A stretch of DNA of 64,000 nucleotides from Pseudomonadota bacterium (GTDB lineage Bacteria > Bdellovibrionota_G > JALEGL01 > DATDPG01), in NCBI GenBank assembly GCA_043809315.1, contig JAZDDX010000011.1, positions 50,498-114,497 of the forward strand, written 5' to 3'. Shown piece by piece: positions 25,490 through 36,247 of the stretch. The notes beneath the pieces are model-generated. The model worked only from the letters and a program-made list of their open reading frames with translations. It was not told the origin of the DNA and did no database searches. Made by a program: the position numbers and the translations under genes. Positions within the stretch are counted from its first letter, which is position 1; every line of letters begins with the position of its first letter.

Positions 25490-25818
25490 GTACGGAAGGG
25501 ATCCGGAAGGAGATGACGGGGATGGTGATCAGCGACCGGATGCAGAAGACGGTCATCGTCGAGACCCGGAATCACGTCGTGCACCCGAAGTACCGGAAGG
25601 TCTTCGTCCGCAAGGCGAAGTTCGTGGCGCATGACGAGAAGGGGAACGCCAAACTCGGCGATGTCGTGAAGATCCGTTCCTGCAGGCCGATCAGCAAGAA
25701 CAAGTGCTGGACGTTGGTGGAGGTAATCCGCCGGGCGAAACTACGTCCCGAGGAACGCGCCGGCCGACCGGCCCGCAAGGGTGAGAAACCGGTCGTGGCG
25801 ATCGAGGAGGCAGTATGA
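25486..25818 (+). CDS. rpsQ: 30S ribosomal protein S17
   Basis: HPKYRK, AHDE, RPISKNK. Confidence 0.97.
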   Translation: MSTEGIRKEMTGMVISDRMQKTVIVETRNHVVHPKYRKVFVRKAKFVAHDEKGNAKLGDVVKIRSCRPISKNKCWTLVEVIRRAKLRPEERAGRPARKGEKPVVAIEEAV

Positions 25819-26183
25819 TTCAGATGAGGTCGATTTTAGACGTCGCGGACAACTCCGGAGCCCGCAGGATCCAGTGCATCAAGGTGCTGGGGGGAAGTAA
25901 AAGAAAGTATGCCGGAATCGGGGATGTGATCGTGGTGTCGGTGAAAGAGGCGATCCCGAGTGCCAAGGTGAAAAAAGGGGACGTCAAACGGGCCGTGATC
26001 GTCCGGACGAGAAAAGAGGTCCCGCGCCTGGATGGTTCGTACATCCGGTTCGACGACAACTCCGCCGTTCTGATCACTCCCGAACTGGAGCCGATCGGAA
26101 CCCGTATTTTCGGACCGGTGGCCCGTGAACTGCGCGGCAAGAACTTCATGAAGATCGTTTCGCTGGCGCCGGAGGTGATCTGA
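25815..26183 (+). CDS. rplN: 50S ribosomal protein L14
   Basis: [19 protein letters not shown]. Confidence 0.99.
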   Translation: MIQMRSILDVADNSGARRIQCIKVLGGSKRKYAGIGDVIVVSVKEAIPSAKVKKGDVKRAVIVRTRKEVPRLDGSYIRFDDNSAVLITPELEPIGTRIFGPVARELRGKNFMKIVSLAPEVI

Positions 26184-26184
26184 C

Positions 26185-26502
26185 ATGAGACCGATGGAAA
26201 CACGCGCGAATCAGGGAATCCGGAAGAACGACATCGTCAAGGTGATCTCGGGGCGTGAAGGACAGTCCGGCAAGACCGGAAAGGTCCTCAAGATCCTCAC
26301 GAAGAAGAACCGGGTCTTGATCGAAAAGGTGAACATGGTGAAACGGCACCAGAAGCCGAACCAGGAGAACCGCCAGGGAGGGATCGTCGAGAAAGAGGCG
26401 CCGATTCATCTGTCGAATGTCGTTCTCGTTAGCCGCGGGACCTCTCCCACTGTGGAGAAGGAAAAGAAAGCCCCGGCCAAGCGGAAGAAGAAGGAGTCGT
26501 AA
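26185..26502 (+). CDS. rplX: 50S ribosomal protein L24
   Basis: KOW-like N-terminus, [15 protein letters not shown]. Confidence 0.95.
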   Translation: MRPMETRANQGIRKNDIVKVISGREGQSGKTGKVLKILTKKNRVLIEKVNMVKRHQKPNQENRQGGIVEKEAPIHLSNVVLVSRGTSPTVEKEKKAPAKRKKKES

Positions 26503-26505
26503 GAT

Positions 26506-27054
26506 ATGCCCGCTCGTCTGAAGGAAAAATATTTGAAGGAGACGGTTCCGTCTCTCATGAAGCAGTTCGCTCTCAAGAACCGGATGCAGGTCCCAGGGCT
26601 CCGAAAAATCGTTCTCAACATGGGGCTCGGGAAGCAGGCGATCGTCGATGGCAAGGTGATCGACGTGGCCGCCGGGGATCTCGGGAAGATCACCGGGCAG
26701 AGACCGGTTGTGACGAAAGCCAAGAAGGCGATCTCGAACTTCAAGCTCCGGAAGGGGCTCTCGATCGGCTGCATGGTGACCTTGCGCCAGGATCGGATGT
26801 ACGAGTTCATGGATCGTCTCTGCAACGTGGCGTTGCCCCGGGTCCGCGATTTCAAGGGGGTCTCCCCGAAAGGGTTTGACGGGCGCGGGAGCTACACGCT
26901 GGGCTTGAAGGAACATGTCATCTTCCCCGAAATCGATGTCGACAAAGCCGAGAAAGTTTTCGGGATGAACGTCACCTTCGTCACGTCGGCGAGAAACAAG
27001 GAGCAGACCCGGGGACTCCTGTCCCAGCTGGGGATGCCGTTTCGGGAGAATTAG
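26506..27054 (+). CDS. rplE: 50S ribosomal protein L5
   Basis: [20 protein letters not shown]. Confidence 0.99.
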   Translation: MPARLKEKYLKETVPSLMKQFALKNRMQVPGLRKIVLNMGLGKQAIVDGKVIDVAAGDLGKITGQRPVVTKAKKAISNFKLRKGLSIGCMVTLRQDRMYEFMDRLCNVALPRVRDFKGVSPKGFDGRGSYTLGLKEHVIFPEIDVDKAEKVFGMNVTFVTSARNKEQTRGLLSQLGMPFREN

Positions 27055-27063
27055 GAGCTAGCT

Positions 27064-27249
27064 ATGGCCAAGACCAGTTTACGAGCGAAAGCGCTGCGGA
27101 GTAACAAGTTCCCCGTCCGGGATTACAACCGATGTCCGCTGTGCGGGCGTCCTCGGGCGTACTACCGGAAGTTCGACATGTGCCGGCTTTGTTTCCGGAA
27201 ATTGGCGTCGCGGGGAGAGATCCCGGGCGTCATCAAGGCGAGTTGGTAA
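27064..27249 (+). CDS. rpsN: 30S ribosomal protein S14 (Zn-binding type Z)
   Basis: RCPLCGR...MCRLCFR...IPGVIKASW. Confidence 0.98.
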   Translation: MAKTSLRAKALRSNKFPVRDYNRCPLCGRPRAYYRKFDMCRLCFRKLASRGEIPGVIKASW

Positions 27250-27260
27250 AGGAGAGTTGT

Positions 27261-27659
27261 ATGGTTCTGACCGATCCCATTGCTGATTTTTTGACCCGCG
27301 TCCGCAACGCCCAGAAAGCGCGGCACGCGACCGTGGACATTCCCCCCTCCAAGATGAAGGAGAGGCTGGCCGAGATCCTCCGCCGGGAAGGGTTCGTTTC
27401 GGACTGCCGCCTGGTTCCGGGGAAGCCGCGGAGCTTGCTCCGGGTGACATTACGGTACAACCCGGCCGGGGAACCGATGATCCGGGAACTGAAGCGTTTG
27501 AGCAAGCCGGGATGCCGACGGTACGCCACGTCGAAAGAGCTCGAGTCGAAACGGAACGCCGTGCGGACGACGATTCTGACGACGTCGAAAGGGATCATGA
27601 CCGATCAGGAAGCGTGCGAGTCGAAGCTCGGCGGCGAACTGATCTGTTCCGTGGTCTAA
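27261..27659 (+). CDS. rpsH: 30S ribosomal protein S8
   Basis: TDPIADFLTRVRNA, SKPGCRRY, GGELIC; start trimmed to ATG 27261. Confidence 0.98.
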   Translation: MVLTDPIADFLTRVRNAQKARHATVDIPPSKMKERLAEILRREGFVSDCRLVPGKPRSLLRVTLRYNPAGEPMIRELKRLSKPGCRRYATSKELESKRNAVRTTILTTSKGIMTDQEACESKLGGELICSVV

Positions 27660-27671
27660 AGGAGAAATGGA

Positions 27672-28223
27672 ATGTCTCGTATTGGAAAAATGCCGATTCT
27701 GATCCCGAAAGGGGTGAAGGCGGAGATCAAAGGGACCCGGCTTCATGTCGAGGGACCGAAGGGGAAACTCGACTTGAACGTCGACGCCGAACTCGTCATC
27801 GAGATCTCGGATGGCAAGATCGACTGCACCTTACAAACGGACTCCACCGCGCGAGAGCGGCACGGTCTCTTCCGGAACCTCATCGCCAACATGGTGAAGG
27901 GATGCTCGGAAGGGTTCCGAAAGGTACTCGAGGTCAACGGCGTCGGATACCGGGCCACTCTCAAAGGGAGTGAGCTCGAGCTGGCGCTCGGATATTCGCA
28001 CCCGATCCTCTACAAGATCCCGGAGGGGATCACGATCGCGGTCGAACCGAAGACGAGCCGGATGACGATCGAAGGGGCTGACCGCCAGTTGGTCGGACAG
28101 ACCGCTTCGGAAATCCGATCGTTCCGGAAACCGGAGCCGTACAAGGGAAAAGGGATCAAGTACGCGACGGAGACGATCCGCCGGAAAGTTGGAAAGGCTG
28201 CCGCGGCAACGACCGCAGCATAA
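27672..28223 (+). CDS. rplF: 50S ribosomal protein L6
   Basis: MSRIGK, PEPYKGKGIKY. Confidence 0.99.
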   Translation: MSRIGKMPILIPKGVKAEIKGTRLHVEGPKGKLDLNVDAELVIEISDGKIDCTLQTDSTARERHGLFRNLIANMVKGCSEGFRKVLEVNGVGYRATLKGSELELALGYSHPILYKIPEGITIAVEPKTSRMTIEGADRQLVGQTASEIRSFRKPEPYKGKGIKYATETIRRKVGKAAAATTAA

Positions 28224-28235
28224 GGAGCGAGCGCC

Positions 28236-28601
28236 ATGGGGAAAAAACGAAAACTGACACGCGCCGAAATCCGGAAGGTGAGGGTTCGGCGGCGGCTGAC
28301 CACGGGCACGGATCGTCCGCGCCTGGCCGTGTTCCGGAGCAACCGCCACCTGTACGCGCAGATCATTGATGATTTGAGCCACCGGACGATCGTGGCTGCC
28401 TCGACGAAGTCGAAGGAACTCAAAGGGAAGGTCGAGAAGACGACCACGATGAGCGCGGCGAAGGAGGTCGGCCTCCTGATCGCGAAGAAGGCCCAGGAGA
28501 AGAACGTAAAGAAGGTCTGTTTCGACCGACGCAGCTACCTCTACCACGGGCGCGTGAAGGCCTTGGCGGATGCGGCACGCTCCGGTGGACTGCAATTCTA
28601 G
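28236..28601 (+). CDS. rplR: 50S ribosomal protein L18
   Basis: [13 protein letters not shown]...[13 protein letters not shown]. Confidence 0.98.
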   Translation: MGKKRKLTRAEIRKVRVRRRLTTGTDRPRLAVFRSNRHLYAQIIDDLSHRTIVAASTKSKELKGKVEKTTTMSAAKEVGLLIAKKAQEKNVKKVCFDRRSYLYHGRVKALADAARSGGLQF

Positions 28602-28610
28602 GGAGAAGAT

Positions 28611-29120
28611 GTGGCACTACGAATCAATCCAGATGAACTGACGCTCGTTGAAACCGTCATCCGCGTGAACCGCGTGGCGAAAGTCGTGAAAGGGGGACGA
28701 AGGTTCAGCTTTTCCGCCTTGGTGGTCGTGGGGGACAAACAGGGACATGTGGGAGTCGGTCTCGGGAAGGCGAAAGAAGTCCCCGAGGCGATCCGGAAAG
28801 GGACGGAACAGGCCAAGAAGGCGCTGGTCCGTCTTCCGCTCCGGGGCGGGACGATCCTGCACGCGGTGGACGGATTCTACGGGGCGGCGCAGGTGATTCT
28901 GCGACCGGCCAGCGACGGAACCGGCGTCATCGCCGGAGGGGCCGTCCGCGCGGTGGTCGAGGCGGCCGGGATCCAGAACATTCTCACCAAGTCGATCGGG
29001 ACTTCGAATCCGCACAACGTGGTGAAGGCCACGATGGACGCGCTTCGAAACTTGAGGGATCCAGAGGCGGCATTACTCGCCCGGAGAACCCCGGATGAAG
29101 CTTCCACGGAGACCGTATGA
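28611..29120 (+). CDS. rpsE: 30S ribosomal protein S5
   Basis: [19 protein letters not shown]. Confidence 0.99.
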   Translation: MALRINPDELTLVETVIRVNRVAKVVKGGRRFSFSALVVVGDKQGHVGVGLGKAKEVPEAIRKGTEQAKKALVRLPLRGGTILHAVDGFYGAAQVILRPASDGTGVIAGGAVRAVVEAAGIQNILTKSIGTSNPHNVVKATMDALRNLRDPEAALLARRTPDEASTETV

Positions 29121-29455
29121 CGACCGGAACCCAGGCAAAACTCGAGATCAAGCTCTTGAAGAGCCCGATCGCGACGACCCCGAACCAGAGAGAGAACCTC
29201 AAAGGTCTGGGTCTCACCTATCGTGAAATCACCGTCCTTCGGGAAGACACGCCGTCGATCCGAGGGATGATCCGGAAGGTCATCCATCTCGTCGACGTGC
29301 GTCGGGCGGAGAAGGTCGAATCGGCCAAGAAGTCGCTCGCATCGTACGAGGTGATCCCGGCGACGGCCGTGGCCGAGCCGAAGAAGGTCGCGAAACCGAA
29401 AAAAGCGGTTGCGCGCAAGAAGAGTGCTTCCGGGAAAAAGGAGAAAGCGTCATGA
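29117..29455 (+). CDS. rpmD: 50S ribosomal protein L30 with Lys/Ala-rich C-terminal extension
   Basis: KSPI...LGL...[16 protein letters not shown] core, then a basic tail of about 45 aa. Confidence 0.9.
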   Translation: MTTGTQAKLEIKLLKSPIATTPNQRENLKGLGLTYREITVLREDTPSIRGMIRKVIHLVDVRRAEKVESAKKSLASYEVIPATAVAEPKKVAKPKKAVARKKSASGKKEKAS

Positions 29456-29898
29456 AATTATCGGCGATCCGGGCGCCCCGAGGGGCGCGGAAAGGCCGGA
29501 AAAGACTCGGACGGGGAGAAAGCTCCGGACGTGGGAAAACCTCTGGTCGGGGAAACAAGGGACAAGGTTCCCGCTCGGGATCGAAATTCGGGGCCAACTT
29601 CGAAGGGGGGCAGATGCCGTTGATTCGGCGCCTGCCGAAGTTCGGCTTCACCAACCGGCGGAGGAAGGAATTCGTCGTGGTGAACCTGAAGGACCTCGCG
29701 CGGTTCGAGAACGGCGCCGTGGTCGATCGCGCGGCGCTTGCGACGCAAGGACTGATCAAGGGGAGCTACAAAGGTCCCGTCAAGATCCTTGGCAAAGGGG
29801 AGATCCAGAAGCCGTTGACCGTCAAGGCCACAGCATTTTCGAAGAGCGCCATGGAGGCGATCTCGAAGGCCGGCGGAAAAGCGGAGTTGGTGGAGTAG
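29452..29898 (+). CDS. rplO: 50S ribosomal protein L15
   Basis: GKTSGRGNKGQ, FEGGQMPL.RRLPKFGF. Confidence 0.99.
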   Translation: MKLSAIRAPRGARKGRKRLGRGESSGRGKTSGRGNKGQGSRSGSKFGANFEGGQMPLIRRLPKFGFTNRRRKEFVVVNLKDLARFENGAVVDRAALATQGLIKGSYKGPVKILGKGEIQKPLTVKATAFSKSAMEAISKAGGKAELVE

Positions 29899-29902
29899 GG
29901 CG

Positions 29903-31219
29903 GTGGCGGGCAATATTGCCAACATGGCGCGGATTCCGGAGCTGCGAAAGCGGCTCTTGTTCACCCTCTTGCTGATCGCGGTCTACCGGCTCGGAGTGCA
30001 CATCCCGACCCCCGGGATCGATTCCGCCGCCTTAGCGGCCTTCTTCAAGCAACAGAAGGGGACGCTCTTCGAGGTCTTCAACCTCTTCAGCGGCGGGGCC
30101 CTTCAGAAGTTCTCGATCTTCGCCCTCGGGATCATGCCGTACGTTTCGGCGTCGATCATCCTCCAGCTTTTGACGGTCGTTTTTCCTTATCTCGAGCGGC
30201 TTCAAAAGGAAGGGGAGCTAGGGAGGCGAAAGATCGTCCAATACTCGCGGTATCTGACGGTCGTCTTAAGCATGATCCAGGGGTTCGGGATCGCCAGCTT
30301 TCTGGAGAACCAGGGAGGGTTGTCCGGGACGCGTCTCGTCCTCAACCCCGGGATGTGGTTCAAGTTCCAGACGGTCATCACGCTGGCCTCGGGGACCTCG
30401 TTCATCATGTGGCTCGGGGAGCAGATCACCGAGCGGGGGGTCGGAAACGGAATCTCTCTCATCATCTTTGCCGGGATCGTGGCCGGGTTCCCCGGAGCGG
30501 TGGCCAACCTATTCCAGCTGGTCGATGCCAACCAGATCGGGGCGCTCGGGGTAGTCGGCGTGATCGCCCTCATGGTGGGTGTCGTCTGGGTGATCGTGTT
30601 CATGGAGCAGGCCCAGCGGCGGGTTCCGGTGCAGCACGCAAAACGAATCGTCGGGCGGCGGATGTATCAGGCCCAGAGCAGCTATCTTCCGCTCAAGATC
30701 AACATGTCGGGGGTCATCCCGCCGATCTTCGCGAGTTCACTTTTGACCTTCCCCGCGACGATTGCTGCGTTTTCGAATGTTCCCTGGCTTCAGGCCGTCA
30801 CGCAGCAGCTCGGATACGGGGGTTGGATCTACAATTCGCTGGAAGTCGGGCTGATCATCTTCTTCTGTTACTTCTACACGGCGGTCCAGTTCAACCCGGT
30901 CGACGTGGCGGACAACATGAAGAAGTTCGGCAGCTACGTCCCCGGGATTCGGCCGGGGCAGAACACTGCGGAGTACATCGAGAAGGTGATCGAGAGGCTC
31001 ACGTTGGTCGGTGCGATCTACGTTTCCGCCATTTGTGTCCTTCCGATCCTGCTGCAACAAAAGGCGGGGGTATCGTTCTATTTTGGCGGCACGAGCCTTT
31101 TGATCGTCGTCGGGGTTGCGATCGACACCATGGCTCAGATCGAGAGCCATCTTCTGACTCATCACTACGAGGGGTTCCTGGGACCGCACGCGAGCCGTCT
31201 GCGCGGGAGAAGGGGCTAA
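29903..31219 (+). CDS. secY: Preprotein translocase subunit SecY
   Basis: SIFALGIMPY, GVGNGISL, PGIRPG, GGTSLLIVVGV. Confidence 0.99.
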   Translation: MAGNIANMARIPELRKRLLFTLLLIAVYRLGVHIPTPGIDSAALAAFFKQQKGTLFEVFNLFSGGALQKFSIFALGIMPYVSASIILQLLTVVFPYLERLQKEGELGRRKIVQYSRYLTVVLSMIQGFGIASFLENQGGLSGTRLVLNPGMWFKFQTVITLASGTSFIMWLGEQITERGVGNGISLIIFAGIVAGFPGAVANLFQLVDANQIGALGVVGVIALMVGVVWVIVFMEQAQRRVPVQHAKRIVGRRMYQAQSSYLPLKINMSGVIPPIFASSLLTFPATIAAFSNVPWLQAVTQQLGYGGWIYNSLEVGLIIFFCYFYTAVQFNPVDVADNMKKFGSYVPGIRPGQNTAEYIEKVIERLTLVGAIYVSAICVLPILLQQKAGVSFYFGGTSLLIVVGVAIDTMAQIESHLLTHHYEGFLGPHASRLRGRRG

Positions 31220-31225
31220 CGGTAC

Positions 31226-31774
31226 GTGAACGTGATTCTCTTAGGACCTCCGGGCGCAGGGAAAGGGACGCAGGCGGAGCTTTTGTCGAAACGACGGAAG
31301 CTTGCGCACCTTTCCACCGGGGCGCTGTTCCGACAGGCGGCGGAAGCGGGATCGAATCTGGGACTTCAGGCGAAGAAGTACATGGAGGAAGGGGCCCTGG
31401 TTCCCGACGAGATCACGCTTGCCCTGATTCGCGAGGAGCTTCCGAGGCAAGGGGGCTTTCTGTTGGACGGTTTTCCCCGAACGATCGGCCAGGCGGAGGC
31501 TCTCGACGGAATGCTCGATGAGCAGGAAAAGAGAATCGACCGCGTGATCAACCTGACGATTGCGGCGGGAGCGGCGACGGAACGGCTCGCGAGCCGCGGC
31601 CGATTCGACGATCTGCCCGAGACGATCGCCAATCGCATGGCGACGTACCGGAAGGAGACGGAGCCGCTGATCGGTTATTACACGAAGCAGGGGAAGCTCC
31701 GCTCCGTGGATGGCTCCGGCACGGTGGAGGCGGTGAGCCGCGCGATGGACGGGGCGCTTAAGGGGCTATCATGA
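31226..31774 (+). CDS. adk: Adenylate kinase (short form, no LID domain)
   Basis: GPPGAGKGTQ, LDGFPRT, short RGRFDD linker. Confidence 0.97.
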   Translation: MNVILLGPPGAGKGTQAELLSKRRKLAHLSTGALFRQAAEAGSNLGLQAKKYMEEGALVPDEITLALIREELPRQGGFLLDGFPRTIGQAEALDGMLDEQEKRIDRVINLTIAAGAATERLASRGRFDDLPETIANRMATYRKETEPLIGYYTKQGKLRSVDGSGTVEAVSRAMDGALKGLS

Positions 31775-32514
31775 TCATGCTCCGGAACCAGCAGGAGATC
31801 GACCGTTTGCGCCGGAGCAATCAGCTCGTGGCGGAGGCGCGCGAGATGCTCCGGGGATTGGTTCGCCCCGGGATGACGACAGGGGAACTCGACGACCGGA
31901 CGGAGGAGTTCTTCCGGAAGAAGGGGGCCCGGTCGGCGTTCAAAGGGTATCGGGGGTATCCGAAGAGCATCTGCACGTCGATCAACGAGCAAGTGGTTCA
32001 CGGGATCCCCGGATCGCGGAAGCTCAAAGAGGGAGATGTTTTGAGCCTCGATATCGGGGCGGTTCTCGACGGGTACTTCGGCGACACCGCGGTGACCGTT
32101 CCGGTCGGTGCGATTTCGAAAGAGGCGGCGAGGCTCTTGAAGGTCACCGAGGAGTCGCTGTATGTGGCGATCGAGGCAATTCGCCCGGACGGCCACCTGA
32201 ATGACATCGGGGCGGCGGTCCAACACCACGTCGAGGCGGCTGGGTATTCCGTGGTCCGGGATTTCGTCGGGCACGGGATCGGGCAGTCCCTTCACGAGGA
32301 GCCGCAGATTCCGAACTTCGGTGTCGCGGGAACCGGCGTTCGACTCAAGGCCGGGATGGTTCTGGCGATCGAGCCGATGGTGAACGAAGGGAAGGCGGAG
32401 GTGAAAATTCTTCCCGACGGCTGGACAGCGGTCACGGCCGACGGCAGGTTATCAGCTCATTTCGAGCACTCCGTGGCAGTAACGGATAAGGCGCCAATTG
32501 TTTTAAGTGCGTGA
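31771..32514 (+). CDS. map: Methionine aminopeptidase type I
   Basis: VVHGIP, GHGIG..LHEEP, AIEPM, SAHFEH. Confidence 0.98.
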   Translation: MIMLRNQQEIDRLRRSNQLVAEAREMLRGLVRPGMTTGELDDRTEEFFRKKGARSAFKGYRGYPKSICTSINEQVVHGIPGSRKLKEGDVLSLDIGAVLDGYFGDTAVTVPVGAISKEAARLLKVTEESLYVAIEAIRPDGHLNDIGAAVQHHVEAAGYSVVRDFVGHGIGQSLHEEPQIPNFGVAGTGVRLKAGMVLAIEPMVNEGKAEVKILPDGWTAVTADGRLSAHFEHSVAVTDKAPIVLSA

Positions 32515-32531
32515 TTTAGAGAGGTTAGACT

Positions 32532-32645
32532 ATGAAAGTTAGAGTATCAGTTAAGAAAATTTGCGACAAATGCAAGGTCATCCGTCGCAAGAACATCGTC
32601 CGGGTGATCTGTACGAACCCGCGGCACAAGCAGCGGCAACGATAG
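32532..32645 (+). CDS. rpmJ: 50S ribosomal protein L36
   Basis: Hand translation [37 protein letters not shown]. Confidence 0.96.
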   Translation: MKVRVSVKKICDKCKVIRRKNIVRVICTNPRHKQRQR

Positions 32646-32661
32646 GGAGGATTGAAAGAAA

Positions 32662-33042
32662 GTGGCAAGAATTTCAGGCGTAGATTTACCTCGTCAGAAG
32701 CGACTCGAGTTCGCGCTTCAGTACATTTTTGGGATCGGACCGGCCACGGCGCGCAGTATTTGCGAAGCGGCGAACGTCGACCGGTTCAAGAAAGTGGACC
32801 AACTGACGGAAGGAGAAACCGTCAAGATCCGTGAGACGATTGACCGATCGTACAAGGTGGAGGGGGATCTCCGCCGGGAAATCGGGGCCAACATCAAGCG
32901 GCTCATGGATCTCGGTTGTTACCGGGGGATCCGGCACCGCAAAGGATTGCCGGCCCGCGGGCAGCGGACGCATACGAATGCAAGAACCAGGAAAGGTCCG
33001 AGACGGGCGCCGGTCAAGATCACCGCGGCTGTCACGAAGTAA
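32662..33042 (+). CDS. rpsM: 30S ribosomal protein S13
   Basis: [24 protein letters not shown]. Confidence 0.99.
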   Translation: MARISGVDLPRQKRLEFALQYIFGIGPATARSICEAANVDRFKKVDQLTEGETVKIRETIDRSYKVEGDLRREIGANIKRLMDLGCYRGIRHRKGLPARGQRTHTNARTRKGPRRAPVKITAAVTK

Positions 33043-33057
33043 CGGAAAAGGGGAACC

Positions 33058-33459
33058 ATGGCTGACGAAAAAGAAGTAAAAGCGACACCTCGAAAGAAAA
33101 AGGAACGGAAAAACGTCCCGTTCGGGATCGCGAAGATCCAGGCGACGTTCAACAACACGATCATCACGATCACGGAGCCGAACGGGAACGTTCTTGCCTG
33201 GGCAAGTGCCGGGGCCTCCGGGTTCAAGGGGTCGAAGAAGTCGACGCCGTTCGCAGCGCAGATCGCAGCCGACAACGCAGCACGGAAAGCGATGGACCAA
33301 GGGATGCGCGCCCTGGACGTTGAAATCCGTGGGCCGGGTGCGGGGCGCGAGGCGGCCGTACGGGCACTTCAGTCGGCGGGCCTGAAGGTCAACATCATCC
33401 GAGACACCACGCCGACTCCGCACAACGGATGTCGGCCGCCGAAACGGCGAAGGGTTTAA
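33058..33459 (+). CDS. rpsK: 30S ribosomal protein S11
   Basis: [28 protein letters not shown]. Confidence 0.99.
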   Translation: MADEKEVKATPRKKKERKNVPFGIAKIQATFNNTIITITEPNGNVLAWASAGASGFKGSKKSTPFAAQIAADNAARKAMDQGMRALDVEIRGPGAGREAAVRALQSAGLKVNIIRDTTPTPHNGCRPPKRRRV

Positions 33460-33487
33460 GTGGAGAGGTTTATCAGGAGGTATTCGA

Positions 33488-34117
33488 GTGGCTACGGGAG
33501 CAAGTAATTCGGCTTGCCGGCTTTGCCGGCGGGAAATGACGAAACTCTTCTTGAAAGGGGATCGTTGCTACACGGACAAATGTGCGATCGACCGGCGGGG
33601 ATACCCTCCCGGGCAGCACGGCCAGAGCCGTTCGAAATCATCGAACTACGGCATCCAGCTGCGCGAGAAACAGAAGATCCGCAGGCTCTACGGGATCGGC
33701 GAGGCTCAGTTCCGCCGGTACTTCCGGGAGGCCGATCGCGCCAAGGGGGTCACGGGGATGAACCTGCTGGTCACCCTGGAGCGGCGTCTCGACAACATCG
33801 TCTTCCGCCTCGGCTTCTCTTCCTCACGGAATGAGGCCCGCCAGGTGGTGAAGCACGGCCACGTCCTGGTGAACGGGAAGCGGGTCGACCTGCCGGCCTA
33901 CGCCGTGAAGGCGGGGGACGTCCTTTCGGTTCGCGAGGGGAGCCGGCAGAATACGCGGGTCAACGCCTCGCTGGACGCGGTGGAACGTCGGGGGGTTCCG
34001 GCGTGGCTGGAGCTCGATCGGGCGAACTTCACGGGGATCGTCCGGACGATGCCGACGCGAGAAGAGCTGACGATGCCGATTCAGGAACAGTTGGTGGTTG
34101 AGTTTTATTCGAAGTAA
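33488..34117 (+). CDS. rpsD: 30S ribosomal protein S4
   Basis: CRLCRRE Zn motif, QLREKQK, LERRLDN, VEFYSK. Confidence 0.99.
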   Translation: MATGASNSACRLCRREMTKLFLKGDRCYTDKCAIDRRGYPPGQHGQSRSKSSNYGIQLREKQKIRRLYGIGEAQFRRYFREADRAKGVTGMNLLVTLERRLDNIVFRLGFSSSRNEARQVVKHGHVLVNGKRVDLPAYAVKAGDVLSVREGSRQNTRVNASLDAVERRGVPAWLELDRANFTGIVRTMPTREELTMPIQEQLVVEFYSK

Positions 34118-34140
34118 CGGACTCGAAACGGGGAGAACCT

Positions 34141-35193
34141 ATGCAAAAGAACTGGAACGATTTGATTCGGCCTCGAACGCTGGAGATCGAAAAGGAGACG
34201 CTGACACCCACGTACGGCAAGTTCGTGGCGAAGCCGCTCGAACGGGGGTTCGGGATCACGATCGGGAATTCGCTGCGACGGATTCTCCTCTCCTCGCTCC
34301 AAGGCGCGGCGATCACGAGCGTAAAGCTTCGCGGCGTGGACCACGAGTTCACGACGGTCAAAGGGGTCAAAGAGGACGTCACGGACATCACCCTGAACTT
34401 GAAAGAAGTTCTGATCCGCTGTCACTCGGAAGGACCGGAAAAGCTGGAGATCAAGGCCGAAGGGGAAGGGGAGATCAAGGCGAAGGACATCATCACGAAC
34501 GAAAACATCGAGATCTTGAATCCCGAGCACCATATCGCGACGCTCGGGCCGGATGCGAAACTTCACGTCGAGATGACGGTCAAGACCGGTCGCGGCTACG
34601 CTCCCTCCGAGCGGAACAAGGAGCCGGATCATTCGATCGGGACGATTCCCGTGGATGCGGCGTTTTCGCCGGTTCGGAAGGTGAACTACACGGTAAGCCA
34701 GGCCCGCGTCGGACAGCGAACCGACTACGACAAGCTTGCTCTGGAAGTCTGGACGAACGGCGCCGTTCGGCCGGACGACGCCTTGGCGTTCGCGGCGAAG
34801 ATCATGAAAGAACAGCTCCAGACGTTCATCAATTTCGACGAGACGGTTGTACAACCGACCGTGTTGTCCGGATCGGATGACCGGAGACCGGGGATCAACG
34901 AGAACCTCTTGCGGAAAGTGGACGAGCTCGAACTCTCGGTCCGCTCGGCCAACTGTCTCCAGAACGCCGACATCAAATTCATCGGCGAGTTGGTGCAGCG
35001 GAGCGAGTCCGAGATGCTCAAAACCAAGAACTTCGGCCGGAAGTCGCTCAACGAGATCAAAGAGATCCTGGCCGAGATGGGGCTCTCGCTTGGAATGAAG
35101 CTGGAAGTGGACGCCCTCAAGGAGTTGGAGGCATTGCGCCGCCAGACCGGCGGGGCGCTGATGCCGGCGACAGAAGAGGTAGGTGAGGCGTGA
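34141..35193 (+). CDS. rpoA: RNA polymerase alpha subunit
   Basis: [40 protein letters not shown]. Confidence 0.99.
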   Translation: MQKNWNDLIRPRTLEIEKETLTPTYGKFVAKPLERGFGITIGNSLRRILLSSLQGAAITSVKLRGVDHEFTTVKGVKEDVTDITLNLKEVLIRCHSEGPEKLEIKAEGEGEIKAKDIITNENIEILNPEHHIATLGPDAKLHVEMTVKTGRGYAPSERNKEPDHSIGTIPVDAAFSPVRKVNYTVSQARVGQRTDYDKLALEVWTNGAVRPDDALAFAAKIMKEQLQTFINFDETVVQPTVLSGSDDRRPGINENLLRKVDELELSVRSANCLQNADIKFIGELVQRSESEMLKTKNFGRKSLNEIKEILAEMGLSLGMKLEVDALKELEALRRQTGGALMPATEEVGEA

Positions 35194-35693
35194 GACATCA
35201 AGTTGACGGAAGAACGTTCGGGCGAAGGCCAGAACAACGGAAAGCCCTCCTTCGGGGGCTGGCCGGGAATCTGATCGATTCGGAGCGGATCACGACCACC
35301 GTCGCCAAGGCGAAGGAACTTCGCCGCGTGGTGGAGCCCCTGGTGACGCTCGCGAAGCGGGGGGATCTTCCCGCACGTCGGCGTGCGGCCCGGGTTCTCT
35401 ATCGCGGAGAGACTCTCAGTAAACTCTTCGGAGAGCTGGCGGAACGTTTCAAGGATCGTCCCGGCGGATACACGCGAATGTACCGGATCGGGCAGCGGGT
35501 CGGGGATGGCGCCGAAGAGGCGATCATCGAGCTGATCCCGTCGGAAAAAGGGACGAAGGGTAAGAAAGAAAAGACGGAAGCGAAGCCGAAAGTGGAGGCG
35601 AAAACGACCTCGACCTCAAAGGAACCGAAGACGGCCAAGAAAGCGACGAAAGCCGCCGCCCCGAAGAAGAAAAAGGGCGCCGCGAAAGAGTAG
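35190..35693 (+). CDS. rplQ: 50S ribosomal protein L17 with Lys-rich tail
   Basis: [22 protein letters not shown]. Confidence 0.98.
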   Translation: MRHQVDGRTFGRRPEQRKALLRGLAGNLIDSERITTTVAKAKELRRVVEPLVTLAKRGDLPARRRAARVLYRGETLSKLFGELAERFKDRPGGYTRMYRIGQRVGDGAEEAIIELIPSEKGTKGKKEKTEAKPKVEAKTTSTSKEPKTAKKATKAAAPKKKKGAAKE

Positions 35694-36247
35694 TGCTCCG
35701 GAAGATCGCACTCTTCTGCAGTATTATACTGCTCTTCCTCTCGGCTTCGCCGAGGGCAGAAGCCGCAGAGTGCGCGGAAAAGAGCGGCGGAACACCCGGT
35801 CAGTGCGCTCCCGACTTCACCCTCAAGACGATCGATGGACGTGAGATCCGCCTGAGTTCGCTGCGCGGGAACGTTGTATTCCTCAATTTCTGGGCGACCT
35901 GGTGTCCCCCTTGTGCGACGGAGATCCCGGCGATGGAGCGCCTAGCGCACAAACTCGAGGGGAAAAAATTTCGGATGATCGCCGTGTCGATCGACAACGA
36001 AGGGAATGCCGCAATCCGAAAGTACTTCCAGGAGACGTTCAAAGGGGTGGTCCCGCCGTTTCCAATCCTTCTCGACTTGAAACGGGATGTTTCGCACCGC
36101 TACGGAACGTACAAGGTCCCGGAGACGTACATCCTCGACCGAACCGGGAGGATTCGCGACAAGATCGAAGGGGTTCGAGACTGGGACGACATGCTCATTC
36201 AGCACTATCTGGAACTTCTGGCTGACCCGAAGGAGAAGGCAAAATGA
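35693..36247 (+). CDS. TlpA/ResA family thiol-disulfide oxidoreductase
   Basis: Signal peptide, APDFTL, NFWATWCPPC, VPETY. Confidence 0.92.
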   Translation: MLRKIALFCSIILLFLSASPRAEAAECAEKSGGTPGQCAPDFTLKTIDGREIRLSSLRGNVVFLNFWATWCPPCATEIPAMERLAHKLEGKKFRMIAVSIDNEGNAAIRKYFQETFKGVVPPFPILLDLKRDVSHRYGTYKVPETYILDRTGRIRDKIEGVRDWDDMLIQHYLELLADPKEKAK

